From positions 49,455-113,454 of the forward strand of contig MNYS01000003.1 of the NCBI GenBank assembly GCA_001873215.1: a stretch of DNA of 64,000 nucleotides, read 5' to 3'. The position numbers and the translations under genes are program-made. The notes under the pieces were generated by a model. That model was not told the DNA's origin, made no database searches, and worked only from the letters and a program-made list of their open reading frames with translations. This stretch comes from Candidatus Levybacteria bacterium CG2_30_37_29. GTDB taxonomy: Bacteria > Patescibacteriota > Microgenomatia > Levybacterales > GWA1-39-11. Of the stretch, positions 39,301 to 48,373 are shown piece by piece; within the stretch, counting starts at the first letter, position 1; every line of letters begins with the position of its first letter.

Positions 39301-39685
39301 TTGGGCTCTTGAGGCGCATCGCGCAGCTTTCACTTTACAGGAAATGTTGACTATTAAGTCAGATGATGTTGCCGGACGTGCAAAAGCATTTGAAGCTATA
39401 ATAAAAGGTGTTGATATTCCTACACCAAAAGTTCCCGAAAGCTTTAAGGTTCTTATACGCGAGCTTCAAAGTCTTTCAATGAATATTGTTCCGATGGATG
39501 CTGTGGTTGTCGAAGAAGATAAAGAAGAAGCAACACAAAAAACCGAAGATGTTAAAAATGAAGCTTTAGAGCTCAAAGAATCTTTGGAAGGCGTAGACGT
39601 AACAAGTGAAAAAGAAGCAGTTGAAGTATTGGGCGAGGAAGAAGTTACCGCAGCGACGGTAAAAGACGTGCCTGAAATAAATTAA
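36311..39685 (+). CDS. rpoB: DNA-directed RNA polymerase subunit beta, with an acidic C-terminal extension
   Basis: Conserved beta-subunit blocks, including the Rif-cluster region around GPNIGLV. Confidence 0.97.
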   Translation: MAKINKIQRQYWGKEYKALPQLDLLSIQKESYSWFIKEGIKEVISEISPIEDFTGKNWELTLGEYKLGEPKTTEEITLNKGLTFFSPLTVEATLSNKKTGKSVKQDVFLGEIPKMTDRATFIVNGIERVIVSQIVRSPGVFFTATEDPITGKTLYTAELRPVHGSWLEFSTTRADMIVVRIDRRKKFLASVFLKALGIENNEEIYEKFKGIDDADEIIKKTIDKDETKGGTDALIEIFKKMNPGEPVVIDTVRQNFRDSFFDRRRYDLSKVGRYKINKKLAGLPNFSPQEAYTLTLEDIIGIISYVINLSRGKGKLDDIDHLSNRRIRSIGELVQTTAFRVGALRLERIIKEKMSLASIEEQYSPSHFINAHPIIAAINEFFRTSQLSAILDQTNPLSEIDNIRRLTVMGTGGISRERASFSIRDINSSQYSRICPVRSPEGPNIGLVTYLTLYTRVNEYGFLEAPYRKIEKIKKGRKTIAKLTNEIIYMDADEEKDFYITHADIKVDKDGYVEDELIPARYSGEYLEIEREKLDFIDIVPRQVVGTSAALIPFVNHDEANRALMGTHMQCQAVPLVKNESPIIGTGMEATVSEAMNRVTKAPFDGEISFVDSLKVVLKGKKEEKTFKIDKFKRTSQNTFFNQKPTVFAKQKVKKGDILIDGPVSDNGELALGKNLLIAYASFDGLGYEDAIVISDRLVKDDGLTSVHIEKYEATVVDTKLGAEETTRDIPNVAEEDLANLDEEGIVVVGSEVSPGDILVGKIAPKGETELTAEERLLRAIFGEKAREVRDTSLRMPHGEHGIITNVQILDRSRGDELEPGSLKKIIIEVAQLRHVVVGDKLAGRHGNKGVISKIVPESDMPYLSDGTPVDIIISPISVLSRMNLGQLLEAHLGLAARKLNLRISVPVFEKMQEERYDRLMKDAGMPANGKMKLYDARTGEPYENDVVIGIGYIMKLIHMVEDKAHARSTGPYSLVTQQPLGGKAQMGGQRLGEMEVWALEAHRAAFTLQEMLTIKSDDVAGRAKAFEAIIKGVDIPTPKVPESFKVLIRELQSLSMNIVPMDAVVVEEDKEEATQKTEDVKNEALELKESLEGVDVTSEKEAVEVLGEEEVTAATVKDVPEIN

Positions 39686-39698
39686 TTTTAAAAATATT

Positions 39699-42600
39699 AT
39701 GGAACCAAAAGATAAAAAATATACAAAAGACGAAGCAATTTTTTCGGCATCTCTGTCTTCGCGGAAAAATTTGAAAGATAATAAAAAATTTGACGCGATA
39801 AATATTTCAGACTTTACCGGTCTTAAGATTTTAGTGGCAAATCCGGAAGATATAATGCACTATTCTTATGGTGAAATCACAAAACCCGAAACAATTAATT
39901 ACAGAACATATCGTCCTGAAAAAGACGGACTTTTTGACGAAAGAATTTTTGGACCTACGCGCGATTTTGAATGTTATTGCGGAAAATATAAAAGGATTAG
40001 ATATAAGGGAATTGTTTGCGATAGGTGCGGAGTTGAAGTAACGTATTCCCGTGTAAGACGTGAACGTATGGGGCATATTAGCTTGGCGTGTCCTGTTGTT
40101 CATGTATGGTATTCAAAAGGCAGTCCTTCAAAACTTTCAACGCTTCTTGACATTGCGCAAAAGGATTTGGAGTCTGTTATTTACTTTGCATCTTATTTGG
40201 TTGTAGAAATTGATGAGGATAAAAGAAAAGAAGCACAAAAAACACTAAATGATATAAAAGATCAAAGAATTGACAAAATAAAACAGCAGGCAGATGAAGA
40301 AAAAAAGTCTCTTGGAAGCGAAGAAAAAGACAAAGTCAGCGAAACAAAAAAGACACTCAAAAAAGAACAGAAAGAGCTTGTGATGGAAGAAACAGAAGTA
40401 ATGTTTAGACAAAAAAAGATTGCACTTGAGAAAAGAGTTGAAACCGAAATCGCAAGAACTGAGGAAATATTCAACCGCGTAAACGACATAATAAAAGGGT
40501 TAAAACTTTGGGATGTTTTATCAGAAGAAGAATATATGCGTCTTATTGAATATGACGTTCCTATATTCTTTGAAGTTGAAACAGGCGCAGAAGGTGTTCT
40601 TCATGCAATTAATTCAATAGATGTACAAAAATTGGTTGGAGATCTCCGCGAAGAAACGCGTAAATCAAGCGGTCAAAAACAGCTAAAGCTTTTAAAAAGA
40701 CTTCATCTAATTGAGGCAATTCATAAAGCCGGTTTTAAACCATCGTCTCTTGTTATGAAAATTCTTCCCGTTTTGCCACCGGATTTGCGTCCTATGGTTC
40801 AGCTAAACGGCGGAAGATTTGCAACCTCAGACTTGAATGATTTGTATAGACGTGTTATTAACCGAAATAATCGTCTAAAACATCTCATCTCACTTGGTGC
40901 GCCGGAAATTATTTTAAGAAATGAAAAGCGGATGCTTCAGGAGTCGGTAGATTATCTTATTGATACGTCAATCAGAACGTCGCAAACGCAAAAACAATTT
41001 AAATCCCTTTCAGATATTCTTCGCGGAAAACAGGGACGTTTCAGAAAAAATTTGCTTGGAAAACGCGTTGATTATTCCGGACGTTCCGTAATTATTGTCG
41101 GGCCGGAGCTTGCACTTAACCAATGTGGTATTCCGAAAGAAATGGCACTTGAGCTTTTCAAACCGTTTGTTATTCGTGAGGTAATCTCCCGTGGCCTTAC
41201 AACTCCAAATGCAAAAGCCGCAAAAAGATATATTGAAAAACGTCCCCCGGAAGTTTTTGATATCTTAGAGGAAATTACAAAAAACCATCCTGTTCTTCTC
41301 AACCGTGCTCCAACACTACACAAGCTTGGTATACAAGCATTCTATCCTGTGCTTATTGAGGGAAGTGCTATTAAAATTCATCCTTGCGTATGTTCCGGAT
41401 ACAATGCTGATTTTGACGGAGACCAAATGGCAATACACGTTCCGTTGTCTACAAATGCTCAAGAAGAAGCAATAAAACTTATGATGCCGGCTCACAATCT
41501 TCTAAAACCTGCAGACGGCGCGCCGATTACGCTTCCAAATAAAGAAATGGCTCTCGGAGCATTTTACCTTACAAGTGTTGACGAGAGACTTCGGAAAAAA
41601 GAACTGCCGGTATTTTCAGATGCGATGGAAGCGCATTTTGCATTTTCTCTAAAAAAGATTTCGCTTCGTGAACCTATTAAAGCTCGTGTAAGTGGAAAAG
41701 TTAGGGAAACGACAATGGGAAGGATTCTTTTCAACGAGAGGCTTCCTGAGGACATGAGATTTATTGATACGGAAATAAAAGCGTCGACTATCAAACAAAT
41801 TGTTACCAAAGCTATGGTTTCGCATTCTGAAGAAGAAGTTGCAAATCTTATCGACAATCTTAAAGAGGTAGGTTTTTATGCCGCAACCGTTTCCGGAATT
41901 TCTGTTTCTACTTTTGATTTGAAAATGCTTGTAAATAAAGAAAAACTTATTCTTGAAGCTGAGGACAAAGCAAAAGAAATTGAAGAGGAATTTCAAAATG
42001 GACTTATAACACACGTTGAACAAAGAAGGCTTACAAATGAAGTTTGGCTTAATGTTACAGAGCAAATGGCTAATTTAACTTGGGAGCTTTTTGATAAAAA
42101 TGATATGGTACGGATTATCGCAGAGTCAGGAGGAGCGCGTGCAGGAAAAGACCAAATAAAACAATTGGCTGCAATGAGAGGACTTATATACGACCCGATG
42201 GGACGAATTGTTGAGCTCCCGATTAAATCAAATTTCCGCGAAGGTCTTTCAATTTTTGAATACGTAAATTCAGCCAGAGGAAGCCGTAAAGGTCTTACCG
42301 ACTCGGCTCTTAAAACTGCAGATGCAGGATATCTTACACGCCGCCTGGTAGATGTGGCGCACGACGTTATTATCCGCAAAGAAGATTGTGGAGTTGACGA
42401 AGGGCTCACAATCGCAATGGATAAAAGGGAAAATGAAAGCTATATGACAAATATGCTTTTGGGACGTGTTGTTCTAAAAGATGTAGTAAGTAAAAAAGCA
42501 AAAGAGTCAAGCAGAAGCGCAAAAAGTAAAAACGTTTTAGTCAAAAAAGGATCGGAAATTACTTACGAAAATTTGGCTGAAATAATAAAAGACGAAACAA

Positions 42601-43538
42601 TTGATCAGATAATTATTAGGACTCCGCTCTATTGCCGCCTCAAGTACGGAATTTGCGCAAGTTGTTATGGATGGGATTTGTCCGCATATAGAAGGACAGA
42701 TATGGGAACCCCGGTTGGTGTTATTGCCGCGCAAAGCATTGGAGAGCCCGGAACACAGCTTACTATGCGTGTTAAGCATTTTGGAGGAGTAGTTATGAGT
42801 GACGTGACGCAAGGACTTCCACGCGTTGAAGAGTTATTTGAAGTACGTCATCCAAAGAATTTGGCACCTGTTGCTGAAATTTCAGGAAAAATACAGGTTT
42901 CAAAAATGGAAGACGGATATGTTATACGAGTCCGCAATACAAAAGCAAAACCTGTTGAAGAGCGAGAATATTTTGTTCCTCTTACATCATCTATTCTTGT
43001 TGAAGAGGGAGTCAGCGTATCTGCAGGGACTCAACTTTGTGAAGGATATCTTGATCCGCGCGATATCTTAAAAATAAGCGGTCTATCTGACGCGCAAAAA
43101 TACTTAATTACGCAACTTCAAGATGTGTACGAATCCCAGGGAATTGCAATACACTACAAACATTTTGAAACAATCGTTAGGAAAATGTCTGATAAGGTAA
43201 TGATTGAAACTCCTGGAGACACGGCTCTTATGCCTGGAGATCTTGTTTCAAAACTTCGATTTGAAGATGAAAATGCAGCTGTTATTTCAGAAGGCGGAGA
43301 ACCATCTTCGGCACGGGAAATAATTTTGGGTGTAACAAAAGCGTCTCTTGTAACAGATTCATGGCTTTCAGCTTCTTCATTCCAAGAAACAACTCAAGTA
43401 TTAACAGATGCTTCTTTGGAAGGCCGCGTTGACAGGCTTATCGGTCTTAAGGAAAATGTTATTGTGGGCCGCCTAATCCCCGTCAGAGCAGAATTTATAG
43501 AAGCAGCAGCACCGGTTGATCAAAATCAGGTCGCATAA
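39699..43538 (+). CDS. rpoC: DNA-directed RNA polymerase subunit beta'
   Basis: Zn-finger CGKYKRIRYKGIVCDRCGVEV, catalytic NADFDGDQMA, trigger loop and bridge helix regions. Confidence 0.97.
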   Translation: MEPKDKKYTKDEAIFSASLSSRKNLKDNKKFDAINISDFTGLKILVANPEDIMHYSYGEITKPETINYRTYRPEKDGLFDERIFGPTRDFECYCGKYKRIRYKGIVCDRCGVEVTYSRVRRERMGHISLACPVVHVWYSKGSPSKLSTLLDIAQKDLESVIYFASYLVVEIDEDKRKEAQKTLNDIKDQRIDKIKQQADEEKKSLGSEEKDKVSETKKTLKKEQKELVMEETEVMFRQKKIALEKRVETEIARTEEIFNRVNDIIKGLKLWDVLSEEEYMRLIEYDVPIFFEVETGAEGVLHAINSIDVQKLVGDLREETRKSSGQKQLKLLKRLHLIEAIHKAGFKPSSLVMKILPVLPPDLRPMVQLNGGRFATSDLNDLYRRVINRNNRLKHLISLGAPEIILRNEKRMLQESVDYLIDTSIRTSQTQKQFKSLSDILRGKQGRFRKNLLGKRVDYSGRSVIIVGPELALNQCGIPKEMALELFKPFVIREVISRGLTTPNAKAAKRYIEKRPPEVFDILEEITKNHPVLLNRAPTLHKLGIQAFYPVLIEGSAIKIHPCVCSGYNADFDGDQMAIHVPLSTNAQEEAIKLMMPAHNLLKPADGAPITLPNKEMALGAFYLTSVDERLRKKELPVFSDAMEAHFAFSLKKISLREPIKARVSGKVRETTMGRILFNERLPEDMRFIDTEIKASTIKQIVTKAMVSHSEEEVANLIDNLKEVGFYAATVSGISVSTFDLKMLVNKEKLILEAEDKAKEIEEEFQNGLITHVEQRRLTNEVWLNVTEQMANLTWELFDKNDMVRIIAESGGARAGKDQIKQLAAMRGLIYDPMGRIVELPIKSNFREGLSIFEYVNSARGSRKGLTDSALKTADAGYLTRRLVDVAHDVIIRKEDCGVDEGLTIAMDKRENESYMTNMLLGRVVLKDVVSKKAKESSRSAKSKNVLVKKGSEITYENLAEIIKDETIDQIIIRTPLYCRLKYGICASCYGWDLSAYRRTDMGTPVGVIAAQSIGEPGTQLTMRVKHFGGVVMSDVTQGLPRVEELFEVRHPKNLAPVAEISGKIQVSKMEDGYVIRVRNTKAKPVEEREYFVPLTSSILVEEGVSVSAGTQLCEGYLDPRDILKISGLSDAQKYLITQLQDVYESQGIAIHYKHFETIVRKMSDKVMIETPGDTALMPGDLVSKLRFEDENAAVISEGGEPSSAREIILGVTKASLVTDSWLSASSFQETTQVLTDASLEGRVDRLIGLKENVIVGRLIPVRAEFIEAAAPVDQNQVA

Positions 43539-43581
43539 GATTAGTAATTTAATCCAAATTAAGGTAAAATAGGAAAATATT

Positions 43582-44007
43582 ATGCCAACATTAAATCAAT
43601 TAATTAAAAGAGGAAGAAGTAAAAAAATAAAGAAAATAAAAGCAACAGCGCTTAGGACTGTTTTTAATGCAAAAGACAGGAAATATTCTTTGGTTCCGGG
43701 ACCGCAAAAACGTGGTGTGGTAACGCTTGTCAGAACCATGACGCCAAAAAAACCAAATTCGGCTCTTAGAAAAGTTGCGCGCGTAAAACTTTCAAACCGT
43801 GAAGAAGTAACAGCTTATATTCAAGGAGTCGGACACAATTTGGCAGAGCACGGAATTGTTTTGGTCCGCGGCGGACGCGTAAAAGATTTGCCCGGAGTAA
43901 AATATCATTTAGTACGCGGAAAATTTGATTTGGCAGGAGTTGACGGACGCAAAACTTCAAGAAGTAAATATGGAGTAAAAAGACAAGGAGGACAAGCAGC
44001 AGCGTAA
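43582..44007 (+). CDS. rpsL: 30S ribosomal protein S12 with a short N-terminal insertion
   Basis: [14 protein letters not shown] and [13 protein letters not shown] are S12 signatures. Confidence 0.95.
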   Translation: MPTLNQLIKRGRSKKIKKIKATALRTVFNAKDRKYSLVPGPQKRGVVTLVRTMTPKKPNSALRKVARVKLSNREEVTAYIQGVGHNLAEHGIVLVRGGRVKDLPGVKYHLVRGKFDLAGVDGRKTSRSKYGVKRQGGQAAA

Positions 44008-44095
44008 AATTTGCTGCAGATATTAGACAATAGACAGTAAAAATAGATTAGAAATATCTATTTGCTATTCACTATTATCTATTTACTAAATAACT

Positions 44096-44575
44096 ATGTC
44101 ACGCGGTGGAACAAAAATTAAAAAAAGAATAAATCCCGGGGATGCGGTTTACTCAAACCTGCTTTTGGGGAAATTTATCAACGGTCTTATGATGCACGGA
44201 AAAAAAACCGTTGCGCAAAGAGTGGTATACGGCGCGTTTGAAATATTAAAAAAAGAAGGACATGACCCACTTGGAGTTTTTGAGCAGGCAATTGAAACTG
44301 TTGGGCCAAAAGTAGAGGTAAAAGCCAGAAGAATCGGAGGAGCGGCGTATCAAGTTCCAACAGAGGTTAGGGGAGGACGAAAAAATTCCTTGGCGATTAG
44401 ATGGATTTTGGATGCGGCAAAAAAAAGACCGACTTCAGAATTTAAAACATTTTCGCAAAAACTCGCTGCAGAGCTTTTGGACGCTTCAAAAAATGCGGGC
44501 GAGGCAATAAAGAAAAGAGATGTAGCCCACCGTATGGCCGAAGCCAATAAGGCTTTTGCACACTTTAGATTTTAG
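44096..44575 (+). CDS. rpsG: 30S ribosomal protein S7
   Basis: S7 fold motifs RIGGAAYQVP and GEAIKKRDVAHRMAEANKAFAHFR. Confidence 0.95.
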   Translation: MSRGGTKIKKRINPGDAVYSNLLLGKFINGLMMHGKKTVAQRVVYGAFEILKKEGHDPLGVFEQAIETVGPKVEVKARRIGGAAYQVPTEVRGGRKNSLAIRWILDAAKKRPTSEFKTFSQKLAAELLDASKNAGEAIKKRDVAHRMAEANKAFAHFRF

Positions 44576-45299
44576 ATTTTAATTTTTCGTTAGATCTTTT
44601 TACGGCCCGATAAATTGTTCTCAGCTCCTGCATCGATAAAATATCATTCTCCATAATAATTTTTCTGCAATTTTCAGGGTTTTCTTTGTAAAGTTTGTCA
44701 ATGCAGAGAATTAGAACAACTAGGTCAGAAAAAACTTGGTCAACAGACTGACGATCATAAATCATTACATAAATAAACGTTATGCAAATAAGTATAAAGT
44801 TGATGTCAAAAGAATATGGAAAAATATCTACAAGGATTGATAGGAGAATGACAATTTCCAATCCGTTTCTAACTATGTTGTCGCCGTATCCTGAGGAATT
44901 GCTACTAGAAATTATATATATTGCTCCCTCCGGGTGATCTGCTTCCGGTCCTTCAAATTTTACTTGGTGGATATTTTTTAAATAAACAGAAATACTTCTT
45001 CTATTTTTGACATGCACCTTATAATACCAGGTTTTTTTTACAGCAGACCAAAGAGTTTCAGATAAAACAAAAATAAAAAATGTAATAATAATTACTGCCG
45101 TAATTCTTGCGGCTGATACGTAAAATTCAGCCTTGCTTGTAGAGGTGAAAACCGTGATTAAAAAAATACAAACAATAGCCGATGAAAATATTATTTTGTC
45201 GCGTAGGGAAGAAAAGTAATAAAAAGACAAAAACTTATATTTAACGGATATAAAGTCTTCTCTTATTCCAAAAAATAAATTTTTTAATTTCCCCAACAC
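44565..45299 (-). CDS. Hypothetical multi-pass membrane protein, first gene of the insert that separates rpsG from fusA
   Basis: Several hydrophobic helices. No recognised domain. It overlaps the rpsG stop by 11 nt on the opposite strand. Confidence 0.4.
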   Translation of the reverse strand: MLGKLKNLFFGIREDFISVKYKFLSFYYFSSLRDKIIFSSAIVCIFLITVFTSTSKAEFYVSAARITAVIIITFFIFVLSETLWSAVKKTWYYKVHVKNRRSISVYLKNIHQVKFEGPEADHPEGAIYIISSSNSSGYGDNIVRNGLEIVILLSILVDIFPYSFDINFILICITFIYVMIYDRQSVDQVFSDLVVLILCIDKLYKENPENCRKIIMENDILSMQELRTIYRAVKRSNEKLKSKI

Positions 45300-45417
45300 A
45301 CGTCAATTATACTCCCTAAAAACCAAGCCCAAAATTTTTCTTAAATCATAAATCATATATCATCCCAGCCTCAAAAAAAAGCTTGATAAAATTTTCTATC
45401 TGACGTAAAATAAGGTT

Positions 45418-45612
45418 ATGAAACAGAAAAAGATAGATTTCGTAAAATTATTAAAAGGTTTTAAGTCGGGGTGGGTAGGGATTTCCACAGACCATAAAAA
45501 AGTTCTCGTTCACGGGGAAACACTAAAAGAAGCAAAATTAAAAGCAGAGGAAAAAAAATTAGACTTATTTTTCTTCCCCGCCGGTGAGAGATATGATAAC
45601 TTCGTAGGCTAA
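45418..45612 (+). CDS. Small hypothetical protein, upstream partner of a retropepsin-like gene (module copy 2)
   Basis: Homologous to 23317-23559. There is a 2-nt gap to the downstream gene. Confidence 0.4.
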   Translation: MKQKKIDFVKLLKGFKSGWVGISTDHKKVLVHGETLKEAKLKAEEKKLDLFFFPAGERYDNFVG

Positions 45613-45614
45613 AA

Positions 45615-46022
45615 ATGATCACGGTCGAATACAGTCCCATGCCGGGTTTGAAAAATTCTCTACCTCAACCAATGTTACCTTTAAAATTTATTAATGGAAC
45701 AAAAGAAGTTTCAACTTATGCGTTGGTCGATTCCGAAGCAGCCGGAGCTGTAATTTCTACCGTAATCGCAGAAGACTTAGGGATAGACTGGCAAAAGATT
45801 CCGGGAGTCGGTGGATTTTCAGTTGGTGGAAATTTTATTTCTCACGCGGCAAAAATAAAAGTCAGAATATTTGACGAGGAATTTGGATTAAATGTAAATA
45901 TAATTGAAGGAGTGGCTCCATATAAAGCTATTTTGGGTCAAAGAGATTTGTTTCAAAGGGCAAAAATTATTTTCGAAGGATACAAAAAAGTATTTCATAT
46001 TGAATTTAGAAACTACAACTAA
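45615..46022 (+). CDS. Retropepsin-like (clan AA) protein, module copy 2, with an altered active-site motif (DSEA instead of DSG)
   Basis: ALVDSEAAGAVISTVIAEDLGIDW aligns with ALIDSGSDHNIFPAELASEIGLDY of copy 1. C-terminal AILGQRDLFQRAKIIFEGYKKVFHIEF aligns with PVLGRNGFFNYFKKVNFDVKNKNFEL. Confidence 0.5.
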   Translation: MITVEYSPMPGLKNSLPQPMLPLKFINGTKEVSTYALVDSEAAGAVISTVIAEDLGIDWQKIPGVGGFSVGGNFISHAAKIKVRIFDEEFGLNVNIIEGVAPYKAILGQRDLFQRAKIIFEGYKKVFHIEFRNYN

Positions 46023-46295
46023 AACCCATAACCTACTTTTTTTACGAAGTAAAACAAAGGTAGCAAAGCGTCCCATCTATCAACCTATTACCTATAACCT
46101 AGTGAACCTATCACCTACATCAATTTCAAAAAGGTGCTAAAATAAGCCAAAAGCAGTATAATTTTTTCAGTTTTTTTATTCCTAATTTTTATTTGGCTTC
46201 TGGGCCGCGGGGTTTTATTATTTTTTTCCAGTTTAAACATTATTAACAACAGGTATATTTCGGTCAAACATTCAAACGAACATCGGAACGTTCTA

Positions 46296-46319
46296 TCTCA
46301 TGTTCTCGAGAACATGAGA
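46296..46319. promoter_or_regulatory. Perfect 24-bp palindrome TCTCATGTTCTCGAGAACATGAGA flanked by GAACGTT motifs, a candidate operator
   Basis: Perfect dyad centred on CTCGAG, about 90 nt upstream of the MBL-fold hydrolase gene. Both flanks contain GAACGTT. Confidence 0.45.
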
Positions 46320-46405
46320 ACGTTAGGTTATTTTTTCTCGTAATTTAACTCCCTAGCCGTATAATTTTCTTTCTCCCTGACTTTTTTTGTGGTATATTTT
46401 ATCCA

Positions 46406-47068
46406 ATGGAAAATGTGACTTGGTTGGGGCATGCTTCTTTTTGTTTTACCGATTCCCAAACAGGGCAGAAGATTTATTATGTAGATCCGTTCAATTTACC
46501 AAAAAATCCGCCGGCTGGCGGAGCAGATATTATTTTTATCACTCATGCACATTATGATCATTTATCGAATACCGATATTAGTTTAATTCTCAAACCGAAA
46601 ACAACGGTTGTCGCAACACCTGACAGCTTAAAAACTCTAAATATTACTCAAGTTAAATTTCCCGTTGAGCCGAATAAATCATACGAAATTAACGGATTCA
46701 AATTTGATACGGTTCCGGCATACAATGTGGTGCCTGAGCGTTTAAGCTTTCATCCAAAATCAAACAATTGGGTAGGGTACATTTTTAATTTAAACGGTCT
46801 TACAATTTACCATGCGGGAGACACGGATTTTACTGCCGAGATGAATACGTTCGACAAGCTCAGTATTGACATTGCGATGCTTCCGATGGGCGGGACTTAT
46901 ACGATGAATGTTGAAGAGGCAATTGAGGCGGCAAATGCAATTGGCGCAAAAAAAACAATTCCCATGCATTATAAAAGTCTGTTAAAAGAAAAAGCTTGCG
47001 AGGCCGAGGAAAAATTGAAAAAAGGCGTTGTGAATTCTGAAGTCGTGATTCTTGAAGAATTGAGATAA
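46406..47068 (+). CDS. MBL-fold metallo-hydrolase
   Basis: FITHAHYDHL metal-binding motif, HAGDTDF, about 220 aa of beta-lactamase fold. Confidence 0.75.
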   Translation: MENVTWLGHASFCFTDSQTGQKIYYVDPFNLPKNPPAGGADIIFITHAHYDHLSNTDISLILKPKTTVVATPDSLKTLNITQVKFPVEPNKSYEINGFKFDTVPAYNVVPERLSFHPKSNNWVGYIFNLNGLTIYHAGDTDFTAEMNTFDKLSIDIAMLPMGGTYTMNVEEAIEAANAIGAKKTIPMHYKSLLKEKACEAEEKLKKGVVNSEVVILEELR

Positions 47069-47240
47069 TATTTTCTTTGTACTTTTGTCCGCCAAAAGAA
47101 GCAAAACCTCTCGTCGTGTCGTGCTCACGCATTACGTCTTTTCCTCGTTCACTGAAAGAGCCGGACAAGCCTTTCCTCTTTCCTGGCGTTCACTCGGGCA
47201 AGACTTCAAGAGTTGCGCGCGAAACGACGAATATGCTTCA
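47066..47240 (+). repeat. Roughly 175-nt conserved intergenic element, copy A, beginning at the stop codon of the MBL-hydrolase gene
   Basis: Aligns at about 70-80% with 55714-55886. Shared blocks: TAAT.TTT.TTTCTT, TCCGC.AAAAGAA.CAAAA.CTCTCG.CG.GTC, CACTGAAAG, CGGAC, GCCTTTC, CTTTCC.GGCGTTC, TTCAAGA, CG.CGAATAT.CTT. Confidence 0.6.
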
Positions 47241-47338
47241 ATCGCAATGGAAAAATGTACTGCGAATCGAAGAATGAAAGATATTGTGCGCAAAACGATA
47301 AACAAAGCAAAAATGGCGCGCGAAACGATAATGAAAGA

Positions 47339-47977
47339 TTATTCAACAGTAATTCCTAAAATGCGGTCGCCGATTTTTATTGTATTAACCACATTCATTC
47401 CGTCAGTCACAATTCCAAAATTTGTATATTGATTATTGAGCCATGGAGCTTCCGTTTTTGTTATAAAAAATTGTGAATCGTTTGAGATTTTTATGTCGCC
47501 TCCGCGCGCAACACCAACGGATCCAACAACAAATGGTTTTTCGCTTAATTCTGTCGGCAAATCTCCTCCACCGGTACCGTTGCCTTTAGGGTCTCCTCCT
47601 TGGATTACCCAATCTTCAACACGGTGAAACGTAAGATTGTTGTAAAATCCGCTTTGTGCTTTTTGCACAAAATTTGCCACAGTCCCCGGCGCTTCTTTTC
47701 CGTAAAACGAAAAAACAATATCTCCCTTGCTTGTTTTAATAGTGGCCTTTTTTGCCGCAACAGGGTTTATTGTTGGCACAGCAGATGTAGAGGACGGGGT
47801 AACACTAATAGACGGTGCAATTGTAATAAGGCGCTGGACCTGAACGGTTGGTGAAGGTACAACCGGAATTTGCGGAGTGAATGTTGTCTGCTTTGTTTGC
47901 AAAAGAAAGTAGAGGCCGCCAAACCCAATGACGACAAGAACTATAAATATAATCGCTGTTCTACTCATAAAACCCAT
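47339..47977 (-). CDS. Cyclophilin-type peptidyl-prolyl cis-trans isomerase with an N-terminal membrane anchor
   Basis: FHRVEDWVIQGGDPKGNGTGG, FFITK, and the TM anchor IIFIVLVVIGFGGLYFLL. Confidence 0.85.
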   Translation of the reverse strand: MGFMSRTAIIFIVLVVIGFGGLYFLLQTKQTTFTPQIPVVPSPTVQVQRLITIAPSISVTPSSTSAVPTINPVAAKKATIKTSKGDIVFSFYGKEAPGTVANFVQKAQSGFYNNLTFHRVEDWVIQGGDPKGNGTGGGDLPTELSEKPFVVGSVGVARGGDIKISNDSQFFITKTEAPWLNNQYTNFGIVTDGMNVVNTIKIGDRILGITVE

Positions 47978-48024
47978 ACATGAAGACCTATTCTAATCAA
48001 TTTAAATAAAAAATTCAAGGACTA

Positions 48025-48053
48025 TTGACAAACACTCTTTAATGTATTAATAT
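48025..48053 (+). promoter_or_regulatory. Sigma70-like promoter (TTGACA, 17 nt, TAATAT) for the copper locus
   Basis: TTGACA at 48025-48030, TAATAT at 48048-48053. Confidence 0.5.
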
Positions 48054-48073
48054 ATCCCTCATGGGGGGATATA
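48051..48073 (+). promoter_or_regulatory. CsoR-type operator (TATATCCC-N-GGGATATA), overlapping and just downstream of the -10 element
   Basis: TATATCCCTCATGGGGGGATATA has 8-bp inverted arms around a G-tract. It resembles ATACCC-N-GGGGTAT CsoR operators, and it lies 25 nt upstream of csoR. Confidence 0.55.
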
Positions 48074-48097
48074 ATTAGGCATCATTCCGCACAAAAT

Positions 48098-48373
48098 ATG
48101 GCATATAGACCAAAGGATACACAAGAAAGAATTGCTCATCGCCTTAAAATCGCGAGGGGGCATCTTGAGAAGGTTATCAGTATGGTTGAAAACGATTCTT
48201 ACTGCATTGACGTTTTACATCAACTGCAAGCCGTTGAAGGAGCGCTTAAAGAAACCGGCAATGCGGTTTTGGAAAATCATTTAAAAACATGTGCTGCCAA
48301 TGCAATAAAAGAAGGAAAAGGTAACGAGGCAATCGAGGAAATTATGAATGTTTTCAAGAAAAAAGCAAATTAA
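48098..48373 (+). CDS. csoR: CsoR/RcnR-family metal-sensing (copper) repressor
   Basis: DUF156 fold with the Cys...His...Cys ligand pattern (YCIDVLHQ ... C in KTCAAN). Four-helix bundle length. Confidence 0.8.
   Translation: MAYRPKDTQERIAHRLKIARGHLEKVISMVENDSYCIDVLHQLQAVEGALKETGNAVLENHLKTCAANAIKEGKGNEAIEEIMNVFKKKAN

Noticed and set aside
47085-47432. 115-aa ORF over the 175-nt conserved element and antisense to the cyclophilin gene
   Set aside because: It starts with TTG and runs antisense through the cyclophilin CDS. Only the first about 13 codons are conserved with copy B. It is treated as part of the non-coding element, with the short-peptide possibility noted in the findings.
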